DNA of 64,000 nt from the NCBI GenBank assembly GCA_963703285.1, contig OY969807.1:1-64000 (forward strand), given 5' to 3'. The notes under the pieces were generated by a model that saw nothing but the letters and a program-made list of their open reading frames with translations, did no database searches and was not told where the DNA came from. The first letter of the stretch is position 1. Each line of letters begins with the position of its first letter. This DNA is from an uncultured Nitrososphaerota archaeon (GTDB lineage: Archaea > Thermoproteota > Nitrososphaeria > Nitrososphaerales > Gagatemarchaeaceae). This document shows, piece by piece, positions 31,173-38,962 of this stretch. The position numbers and the translations under genes were made by a program.

Positions 31173-32186
31173 GTGCCATCGCCGGACGTAATCTCAGGAA
31201 GGGTCCGTTGGTATGCGCTGGTCTCCCTACTTCTCCTCGCCGCCACACTTGCCGAGTTCCTCACCGGCTCCACGCTGATCCAGAGTGCAATCGCCTTCCC
31301 TCCGGGCTTCGCGATACTGGTGGGCATGTACGGGGGCGGCGCTCTCCTGATCAGGGAGGTGGCGCTTCGCTGGGGGAAGCGATGGGGAGCGATTCTCCTG
31401 CTGGGTGGGGCCTACGCTGTGGGCGAGGAAGGGTTCGGTGCGAAGACGATGATAGACCCGACCGGCTCCAACATCGGCAATCAGCTCTATACGCACTGGG
31501 TGGGGATTAACTGGGTCCCGCTGGCTGCGCTGACTCTCTTCCACGCCGCCTTCAGCATCACCGTCCCGCTGGTCATCGTGGAGCTGCTCTTCCCGGAGGT
31601 CAGAGGCCGGTCGCTAGTCGGCAAACGAGGCCTGACCGTGACGGCGCTGGTCTACCCGCTCGCGATATTCCTTGTCTCGTTTGGAGACCCGTTTGTGCCC
31701 ACTCTGGCCGAAATGCTCTTTCTGTCGGTCTATGCCTCTGCTTTCATCATAGCCGCATATCTGGTCCCACAGCGTTTCCTCAGCGCAACGGGAGAGAGGC
31801 CTGACAGGTCAGAACGGCGATTCCTGATGCTGGGAGCCGGATTCATAGGATGCTTCTTCCTCATCGACGTGCTGGGGGCTCACTTCCTTCCCTGGCCGGT
31901 CGCCGCAGCGCTGTTCGTGCCACTTGCAATCCTGACGGGGTTATACCTCGTGAGGCACGCAGGAAGGGGCGGAAATGAAGTGGTGAAGGTCGACTTCGTC
32001 CTCGGGATGGTGCTTGTCTTCGTCCCCATCGACATCCTCCAGGAGCTGAAGGGAGACACGGGGGTGCTGCTCTATACCGGGTTCGTGGTGGCCCTGCTCT
32101 TTGGAATCAGGAGGCGCTTCGTGCGGCTCAGGCACCCCGCGATGCACACGGCGTCCGACTCGGGCCACCAGTTGTCAAGCCGATAG
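31173..32186 (+). CDS. Multi-pass membrane protein
   Basis: Many hydrophobic helices; AEFLTGST, YGGGALLIRE, EEG. Confidence 0.75.
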   Translation: MPSPDVISGRVRWYALVSLLLLAATLAEFLTGSTLIQSAIAFPPGFAILVGMYGGGALLIREVALRWGKRWGAILLLGGAYAVGEEGFGAKTMIDPTGSNIGNQLYTHWVGINWVPLAALTLFHAAFSITVPLVIVELLFPEVRGRSLVGKRGLTVTALVYPLAIFLVSFGDPFVPTLAEMLFLSVYASAFIIAAYLVPQRFLSATGERPDRSERRFLMLGAGFIGCFFLIDVLGAHFLPWPVAAALFVPLAILTGLYLVRHAGRGGNEVVKVDFVLGMVLVFVPIDILQELKGDTGVLLYTGFVVALLFGIRRRFVRLRHPAMHTASDSGHQLSSR

Positions 32187-32254
32187 CCTGCTGGGTGTGT
32201 ATAGGGTTCATTGCGCCTCCACCGCCCTTAAAACCGTCCCGCCACACGTGCTTC

Positions 32255-32485
32255 ATGAAATCGGAGAGCGCGCTTCGCACTGGCAGTGCCATAGATCTGC
32301 GGCCCCTCAAGGAGAAGCTCAGGGAGAAGCTATCCCCTGACAGCCCGGTGCTGCTCGACCTGCTTCGCGAGCCCGACTCGATGCCGGTGGAAAGTGCCGA
32401 GAGCCTGATACCCCACTACCTCCAAAGACTCGAAAGGGAGCTCGAGAGGTACGAAACGGCGGGACCGCTCGTCCTGCGCTCCTGA
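32255..32485 (+). CDS. Small hypothetical protein
   Basis: TATA-like cttaaaa about 25 nt upstream of ATG 32255; 76 aa. Confidence 0.55.
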   Translation: MKSESALRTGSAIDLRPLKEKLREKLSPDSPVLLDLLREPDSMPVESAESLIPHYLQRLERELERYETAGPLVLRS

Positions 32486-32486
32486 C

Positions 32487-32663
32487 CTACCCTTCTCTCG
32501 GCCCTATCACGGCCTTGTCGTTTGGCAGGTCCCGCTTGTAGTCCCAACCCTGCTCTATCCAGCGCTCTAGCTCGGCTATCGGCACGACCTTCTGCGTCCC
32601 CTGCTTCAGCCCCAGCATATGCTTCGACTTCTCGAGGATGAGCTCCTGCAGCCGGAGGACCAC
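32487..32663 (-). pseudogene. Probable C-terminal remnant of an archaeal tyrosine integrase
   Basis: Manual translation ...QKVVPIAELERWIEQGWDYKRDLPNDKAVI resembles the C-terminal tail of archaeal integrases; adjacent to a tRNA. Confidence 0.45.
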
Positions 32664-32719
32664 CCGTCGACCTTCAGGTACCCTTCAAACCATCGCACCC
32701 CCTACTGCACCCCCCAGAC

Positions 32720-32726
32720 ATTTAAG
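32720..32726 (+). promoter_or_regulatory. TATA box of the tRNA-Ser gene
   Basis: atttaag about 25-30 nt upstream of the tRNA 5' end. Confidence 0.6.
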
Positions 32727-32749
32727 CCGAGGTTCGTAGGGGGCCTCCT

Positions 32750-32867
32750 GCCGGGGTCGCCTAGCCTGGAAGGGCGCAGTTCCGCAGGGTGCGTAGGCCT
32801 GGAAACTTTCGAGCTAGCAAGCCTGTCTCCTTTAGTGGGGTCGTGGGTTCAAATCCCACTCCCGGCG
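32750..32867 (+). tRNA. tRNA-Ser(GGA) with two introns (32780-32796 at 29/30; 32805-32819 at 37/38)
   Basis: Acceptor GCCGGGG/TCCCGGC+G, T-arm GTGGG-TTCAAAT-CCCAC, long variable arm; spliced anticodon arm CAGGC-CTGGAAA-GCCTG; BHB-like motifs. Confidence 0.88.
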
Positions 32868-32915
32868 CTTATGCCCTAGCTCAGGGAGAGGCTCCGGACT
32901 TCCCAACGGCCCAAA

Positions 32916-33040
32916 CTACTCGGGCGGGGTCGTTTTGAATGCAAGACCCATGTCGATGCCGTGGGACTTGTTCCTGAAGTGGGCGATCGCGTATACGATT
33001 ATCGGGAGGCTTATGGAGACCGCGATGGCCTCGTAGACCG
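32916..33040 (-). pseudogene. C-terminal remnant of an APC-family amino acid permease
   Basis: Manual translation IIVYAIAHFRNKSHGIDMGLAFKTTPPE* matches the GID..LAF...PPE end of archaeal APC permeases. Confidence 0.5.
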
Positions 33041-33106
33041 GGGTCTCCGGCCCGGATGCCGAGACCGGCAAAGGTTTATCCGAAATCCGGGGCAGACGGG
33101 AGAAGA

Positions 33107-33931
33107 TTGCCCCGCATCATCGACGCCCACGTTCACCTCTCCGGGCTACAGGATGACGAGCTCATCCCCTACGCCGCGCTCAACGGACTGAGCTACAACC
33201 TCGACGAACTGCTCGGGCTGATGAAGGCGAGCGGCGTCACGCGGGGGCTGCTTCTGAGCCCTCCACTCAAGGGAGGGGTGCCTCTCCCCAACGAACGGGT
33301 CCTCCAGATTTGCAGGTCGAGCGAAGGCGTGCTCTCCCCCGTCCTGACGGCCGAGCCGGCGCGGGAGAAGGTGGCGGATGCCGTGGCCCTCGCGAAGGAG
33401 CACCGCTCCGAGGCGAAGGGGTTCAAGATCAGGCTCGGATACCTGAAGGTCTCCGCCGACAATCCAGTGTACAACGACCTCTACGCCTACGCGGAGGCGG
33501 AGGACCTTCCGGTCATGTTCCACACCGGGGACACGGCTTCATCCACGGGGAGCCTGGAGCATTCTCATCCGCTCACCCTCGACCGTCTGGCGAACTCCCG
33601 GCCTGGCTTGAAGATCGTGGCATGCCACTTCGGAAACCCCTGGTTCGCCGACGTCGCCGAGCTGATCTACAAGCATCCCAACGTCTTCGCGGACATCTCG
33701 GGCCTTATTGTGGGCGGCGGCAAGTACCTGGAGGGTTACCTAGATTCGACGGCTGAACAGGTCCGGAGGGCCATCTACTACGCCGGCGGGGCGGAGAAGG
33801 TAATCTTTGGGACGGACTACCCTGTCTCCACCCTCTCGCTCGCCCTCGCCCTCATGGAGAAGCTCGGGATCGAGGACGAGGACTCGGAGAGGATTCTCTG
33901 GAAGAACGCAGCGAGGGTCTTCCACCTATGA
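33107..33931 (+). CDS. Amidohydrolase family protein
   Basis: IIDAHVH, FHTG, ACHFG, FGTDYP; TATA-like tttatc near 33075 supports a TTG start at 33107. Confidence 0.88.
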   Translation: MPRIIDAHVHLSGLQDDELIPYAALNGLSYNLDELLGLMKASGVTRGLLLSPPLKGGVPLPNERVLQICRSSEGVLSPVLTAEPAREKVADAVALAKEHRSEAKGFKIRLGYLKVSADNPVYNDLYAYAEAEDLPVMFHTGDTASSTGSLEHSHPLTLDRLANSRPGLKIVACHFGNPWFADVAELIYKHPNVFADISGLIVGGGKYLEGYLDSTAEQVRRAIYYAGGAEKVIFGTDYPVSTLSLALALMEKLGIEDEDSERILWKNAARVFHL

Positions 33932-34455
33932 GCTCAGCGGCGGAGGGCTTCGAGGTGGTCGAGGCGGACCCGACGGAGAGGGCCTCGCTCGAGCCCATCC
34001 TCGAGGAGAGCTTCACGGGGATCTACCTGAGGCACGCCAAGAGGACGTTACACGACGTCGAGACCGTCCGGGTGGCCCGGGTCGGCGGGGCGGCCGTAGG
34101 CCTGGCGATGCTCAAGCTCCTCACGAAGGGGGCCGGGTACGTCTACTACATCGCGGTCCTCCCGTCGTCCCGCATGAAGGGTCTTGGCTCGAGGCTCCTC
34201 CTAGACTCGCTGGATTACTTCGCGCGCTCCGGCGCGACCGAGGTCTACGCCAGCGTCGGAGAGGACAACGTCGAGTCCAAGGCCCTCTTCTTTGGCAGGG
34301 GGTTCAGGAGGACGGACTTCTCGGAGGTCTCCAAGAAATACGGGACGATCAGGGCGCTCGCGATGTACAGGGGCATGTGGGTCGTTCCGGGCGAGATGCT
34401 CCTCGTCAAGGACACGGCGACCCTCCCCGATGGCGTCGCGCCCGGCGGCGCGTGA
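33928..34455 (+). CDS. GNAT family N-acetyltransferase
   Basis: IAVLPSSRMKGLGSRLL, N..S..LF...GF. Confidence 0.85.
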   Translation: MSSAAEGFEVVEADPTERASLEPILEESFTGIYLRHAKRTLHDVETVRVARVGGAAVGLAMLKLLTKGAGYVYYIAVLPSSRMKGLGSRLLLDSLDYFARSGATEVYASVGEDNVESKALFFGRGFRRTDFSEVSKKYGTIRALAMYRGMWVVPGEMLLVKDTATLPDGVAPGGA

Positions 34456-34461
34456 AGCTCC

Positions 34462-34938
34462 TCAGTCCTTGCGCGGTGCCTTCCTCGCAAGGTCCGCGAG
34501 GAGGGCGTTCCCCTCGATGAACTTGAGATTGAACCTGAAGGCGTCTATCCTCCAGCCGTCCTCCTCCCTCACAAGATGGAAGTCGTAGGTCCCGACGTAG
34601 GTGCACGTGTCCCTCCCCGTCGGGTTCGGGAAGTAGTGCGTGGCCGTGCCGTAGCAGAACGCGCTCGCCTCCTCACCCTCGACCTTCACGAGTGTATTGC
34701 CTATCTGGTGATGGACCGCGGCGAGCCCCCTCAGCCCCGACTCCCACTGGTCTGTTATCCTCTTCGAACTCACCCTGGAGGGCCTGTTCCCGTTCAGGGA
34801 GGACGTGTCGAAGAGAACCTTCGCTGCGAAACACTGGGTCACGCCCTGCCAGTTCCTCTCGTCGGTGTTGACAAACAACCTGGTCACCGTGTCCTCGACC
34901 TCCGCCCTCTCGGCCAGCGGTCCCCCCTTGGTCTCCAT
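34462..34938 (-). CDS. SnoaL-like / NTF2 family protein
   Basis: DERNW, HHQIGN, GTYDFHLVREEDGWRI. Confidence 0.8.
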   Translation of the reverse strand: METKGGPLAERAEVEDTVTRLFVNTDERNWQGVTQCFAAKVLFDTSSLNGNRPSRVSSKRITDQWESGLRGLAAVHHQIGNTLVKVEGEEASAFCYGTATHYFPNPTGRDTCTYVGTYDFHLVREEDGWRIDAFRFNLKFIEGNALLADLARKAPRKD

Positions 34939-34993
34939 GGTTCCCGTCCGCGGAGGTACTCTCAATAAACCTTGGTCGCTGCGACCGGCTCCG

Positions 34994-35602
34994 CTAACGG
35001 GTAGGCCCGCTCGCCCGGAGGCGGCCAGAGTCGACTCCCGGGCTCGTCTCGTGGGACTTCCTGATGTCGTCCCTGAGCTTCTTGAAGTAGTAGAATCCTT
35101 CTCCCCCGAGTTTTGCATTGACCCCGTCCAGGAAGGGTTTCATCGCGTCCCAGGCCGTCTCGGTGAGGAACATGTCCTCGACCGTCTCGAGGGTCACTAT
35201 CTTCCGGTTCGCCAGGACGCCGAGCGACTCGAAGAGGGAGGCAATCTGGTAGAAGGAGACCTGCTCATCCTTGGGCAGCTTCTCGAACTCCTCGAACGAC
35301 TTCAGGTTGGAGTTCAAGACGGTCAACCAGGAAGTCTGGACCTCCCTCGTATTCGCGAACTCGTAGAGGCGCATTATCATGTCCATGTCGGCGATTTCGT
35401 TCGTCAGCTTCATCTGGTCGGAGCTCACCTTGGCCTGAATCCCGGCCGCCCTTGCCTGCTCGTTCGCGGCCTCGAGCATCCTCTTGTTGTCCCTCAGCTC
35501 GAACACCACGAAGAGGGCGCCGAGAATGATGGCCATCGAGCTGACGAAGGTGACCGCCGAGTCAGCCTCTCCGAAGCTGAAGCTGAGGACCTGGGCGATC
35601 AT
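34994..35602 (-). CDS. Hypothetical membrane-anchored protein (DUF4760-like)
   Basis: N-terminal TM helix, FESLGVL, YFKKL. Confidence 0.6.
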   Translation of the reverse strand: MIAQVLSFSFGEADSAVTFVSSMAIILGALFVVFELRDNKRMLEAANEQARAAGIQAKVSSDQMKLTNEIADMDMIMRLYEFANTREVQTSWLTVLNSNLKSFEEFEKLPKDEQVSFYQIASLFESLGVLANRKIVTLETVEDMFLTETAWDAMKPFLDGVNAKLGGEGFYYFKKLRDDIRKSHETSPGVDSGRLRASGPTR

Positions 35603-35680
35603 CCGGTCGAAGTCCTCCCCAGCCCTACTTAAGAGCGCGGCCGCCCTACATCTGTCCGGACCCCAGACCAGACGGGGGCT

Positions 35681-37129
35681 CTAGCCATGCTCGTGCTCAC
35701 CCGCGGACTGCTCCAGCCCCAGGTGCCCCAGCATGTGGTGGTACTCCGGGGGCGTCATGAGCGAGAGGAAGGCCCGCTCGACGACCTCGCTCAGCGCAGG
35801 GTGGATGTGCATGGCGTGGGTTATCGTCGAGACGCTTTGGGCGGGCGTGTACATGACGTCGATGATCTCCTGAATCAAGATTGACGCGTGCGGCCCCACT
35901 ATCTGAGCCCCCAGGATCTTCATGCTGCTCCCCTGTACGACGGCCTTCACGAAGTAGCCCTTCGCGCCCATGGCCTCTCCCTTCGCCGTCTTCTCGTACT
36001 CGTAGAACCCTATGAGGACGTCCCCCTCCCCGTACCGACCCACGGCCTCCTTCTCGGTCAGTCCGACGCCGGCCACCTCAGGGTAGGTGAAGACCGCGTG
36101 GGGGACGGCGTGGTAGTCCACCGTCATTGGCCTCTTCAGCACCGCGTTGTAGTAGACCACCTGCGACTCGTAGTTGGCGACGTGCTTGAAGAGGTGCTTC
36201 CCGTCAGCGTCACCCAGGGCCCAGACGTTGGGCTGGGTCGTCTCTAGGTACTCGTTGACCTCAATCCAACCTTTGCTGTCCGTCTTGATCCCCGACATCT
36301 CGGGATGGAGGATGTCCGTGAGGGGCTCTCTCCCGCAGGCTAGCATCACCTGCTCCGCGGTGACCTCCGAGGTCTCGCCAGAAACCCCGTCCCTCGTGGT
36401 CAGGACCTTCGCCCCGTCTCTCTCGACTATCCCGACCACCTCCCGGTTCGTCGCGATCGTCATGTGCTTCTCGAGCTCCCTCCTCGCGACGAGCGCGACC
36501 TCGGGCTCGTAGCCGGGGAGGAACTGCGGGTTCCTGCCCAGGATGGTGACCTTTGATCCCAGGCTGGAGAAGAAGTGGCCGTACTCGGCCGCGATGTAGC
36601 CTCCGCCCACGATCGCCAAGCTCCCGGGCAGCTTCGAGAGCCTCAGGACGCTGTCGCTCGTTAGGTAGTCCAACTTCTCGAGGTTCTTGATCTGCGGGAT
36701 GGCTGTCCGGGAACCCGTGCAGAGGAAAATCTGCTTCGCCCTGACGGTCTCGTCTCCAATCCTCATCGTGTAGGGGGAGACGAACTCGGCGGAGGCATGG
36801 TAGTAGTCGATGTTCGGGCTGCTGGAGAGCCCCTCCCTGATTGCGTCAATGTCAGTGTCGATGATGGTCCGCATCCGCCTCATCACCTGGCCGAAGTCCA
36901 CGTTCACGACGGCGGAGACGCCGAGGTCCCTCCCGTCCTCGACCGTCCGTACGAGTTCGGCCGGATAGAGCAGCAGTTTTGAGGGTATGCACCCCCTAGT
37001 AAGGCAGATGCCCCCGGGTTCGTCCTTGTCTATCACTGCTATCCTGATCTTCGGGTTCTCCTGAATCATCGGGTCCAGCAGGTTCGTCGCTGAACCCGTG
37101 CCGACGACTATGAGGTCGTAGTCCTTCAT
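35681..37129 (-). CDS. Flavoprotein disulfide reductase (dihydrolipoamide dehydrogenase-like)
   Basis: GGICLTRGCIPSK, GGGYIAAE, HIHPALSE. Confidence 0.9.
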   Translation of the reverse strand: MKDYDLIVVGTGSATNLLDPMIQENPKIRIAVIDKDEPGGICLTRGCIPSKLLLYPAELVRTVEDGRDLGVSAVVNVDFGQVMRRMRTIIDTDIDAIREGLSSSPNIDYYHASAEFVSPYTMRIGDETVRAKQIFLCTGSRTAIPQIKNLEKLDYLTSDSVLRLSKLPGSLAIVGGGYIAAEYGHFFSSLGSKVTILGRNPQFLPGYEPEVALVARRELEKHMTIATNREVVGIVERDGAKVLTTRDGVSGETSEVTAEQVMLACGREPLTDILHPEMSGIKTDSKGWIEVNEYLETTQPNVWALGDADGKHLFKHVANYESQVVYYNAVLKRPMTVDYHAVPHAVFTYPEVAGVGLTEKEAVGRYGEGDVLIGFYEYEKTAKGEAMGAKGYFVKAVVQGSSMKILGAQIVGPHASILIQEIIDVMYTPAQSVSTITHAMHIHPALSEVVERAFLSLMTPPEYHHMLGHLGLEQSAGEHEHG

Positions 37130-37265
37130 CGGAGAGTGCCGGCGCTTTGAAAAGTTAAGCTCTGCGGTCCGCCCGGTCAAGCCCGGTTGACCAGCTAAGC
37201 TCAGCCGTACTTACTTAGTAGCTGACGACTGCTCGGTATATTAGCCGAGGGCGAGGCGGTCCACC

Positions 37266-37622
37266 ATGGCCGTCCAGGTCGAGCCCTGCGCCCTCACCGA
37301 GAGGGAGTCCCTCTACCTGTGCAGAGGGGGCCTCGGCAGGGTCGCTACGGTCTCGCCCGATGGCCAGCCGCACGTCGTCCCCGTCGTCTTCGAATTCGAC
37401 GGTAGGTACGTCTACTTCAGCGGGAGGGCCCTCGCCAGAAGCCTGAAGCTCCGTCACCTTCTCAGCAACCCCAGGGTGGCGTTCGTGGTCGACGACCTGG
37501 TCTCTGTAAGCCCCTGGTATCCACGCGGGATCGAGATCAGGGGGTTCGCGGAGGTCTTCTCGGAGCGAGGGGTCCCCTACGTGAGGATAACCCCGGTCAC
37601 CAAGGTGAGCTGGGGCCTCTAG
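37266..37622 (+). CDS. PPOX-class (pyridoxamine phosphate oxidase-like) oxidoreductase
   Basis: GRVATVSPDGQPHVVPV, NPRVAFVVDD, GIEIRG. Confidence 0.85.
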   Translation: MAVQVEPCALTERESLYLCRGGLGRVATVSPDGQPHVVPVVFEFDGRYVYFSGRALARSLKLRHLLSNPRVAFVVDDLVSVSPWYPRGIEIRGFAEVFSERGVPYVRITPVTKVSWGL

Positions 37623-37709
37623 CGGAGACGTGCCCGCTACAGCTTTGACGCCAATTTGACTCGAACGCGTAGCATAGGGTTAAATCCACACAGGCTGAAC
37701 TGACGTTAT

Positions 37710-38948
37710 GTGCGCAATCTCTGCATCGTAGGCCTTCAGTGGGGGGATGAAGGCAAGGGCAAGATTGTCGACTACTACGCCGACGGTTTCAAGGCCGTTG
37801 TGAGGTACAACGGGGGGAGCAACGCCGGCCACACCATCGTCATCGGCGGGAGAACGTTCGTCTTCCACCTCCTGCCCTCCGGGTCGCTCAAGCGGAAGAA
37901 GCTCCTGATAGGCCCGGGGGTCGCTCTCGACCCGATCACGCTCGAGGAGGAGCTGGCGATGGTCTCGAAGGAGGGCGGCGAGGCAGACCTGATGGTGGAC
38001 GAGCGCTGCACGCTCGTCACGCCCCTCGAGAAGGAGATGGACTCCTTTGTAGAGGGCCTGAGAGGCGTCGGCGCAATCGGGACGACCAAGCGGGGCATCG
38101 GTCCGTCCTACGCGATGAGGGCGCTCCGGCTCACGCCGCGCGCGGGGGACCTGGCGGAGGGAGACTTCGAGCTGGACTCGGCGGTCAAGTTCTACCGGTC
38201 GTTCCTCAAGGAGATCCCCGACCTTTCCGCTTGGAAGGAGAGGTCGAGGCGGACCCTCGCGGGCAGGACAGGAGACGTCGGGGGCAAGGTGATGGAGCTG
38301 AACGACGCCGGGCACTCTGTCATCTTTGAGGGTGCGCAGGGCACCCTACTGGACCTCGTCTTCGGCACCTATCCATACGTGACCGGCGCTCACACCATCG
38401 CGAGCTACGTCCCAGCAGGCCTCGGGATACCCAACGCCTCCCTCGGCGACGTGATGGGAGTTGCGAAGGCCTACACCACGAGGGTGGGAGGCGGCCCCTT
38501 CCCCACCGAGATAACGGAAGTCACGGGGGAGCAGATCAGGACAGAGGGAAAGGAGTACGGCGCCACGACGGGTCGTCCCCGTCGCATCGGGTGGCTCGAC
38601 CTGGTCGGGCTGAAGTACGCGGTGAGGCTCAACGGCGTCTCAGAGCTCGCGCTCACGAAGATGGACATCCTCACCAAGGTGAGGGGGATGAAGGTCTGCG
38701 TAGGATACTCGATCGACGGCGCGGAGACCGGCGACTTCTCCCGGGCCCTGCCACGGCTCTCCGAGGTCAAGCCCGTCTACCAGATGATGCCGTCGCTCTT
38801 CGGCGTTGAGTTGAGGGAGAACCACCTGCCTCAGGCCGCCGAGCAGCTGGTCGAATTCCTCGAGGACGAGCTCAGGGTGAAGGTGAGCCTCGTCTCGACC
38901 GGAGAGGAGAGGTCGGCCACGATGCAGAGGAACCTAGCAAAAGTTTGA
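37710..38948 (+). CDS. purA: Adenylosuccinate synthetase
   Basis: GLQWGDEGKGK, GGSNAGHT, EYGATTGRPRR. Confidence 0.96.
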   Translation: MRNLCIVGLQWGDEGKGKIVDYYADGFKAVVRYNGGSNAGHTIVIGGRTFVFHLLPSGSLKRKKLLIGPGVALDPITLEEELAMVSKEGGEADLMVDERCTLVTPLEKEMDSFVEGLRGVGAIGTTKRGIGPSYAMRALRLTPRAGDLAEGDFELDSAVKFYRSFLKEIPDLSAWKERSRRTLAGRTGDVGGKVMELNDAGHSVIFEGAQGTLLDLVFGTYPYVTGAHTIASYVPAGLGIPNASLGDVMGVAKAYTTRVGGGPFPTEITEVTGEQIRTEGKEYGATTGRPRRIGWLDLVGLKYAVRLNGVSELALTKMDILTKVRGMKVCVGYSIDGAETGDFSRALPRLSEVKPVYQMMPSLFGVELRENHLPQAAEQLVEFLEDELRVKVSLVSTGEERSATMQRNLAKV

Positions 38949-38962
38949 TAACGTAGCTACGG

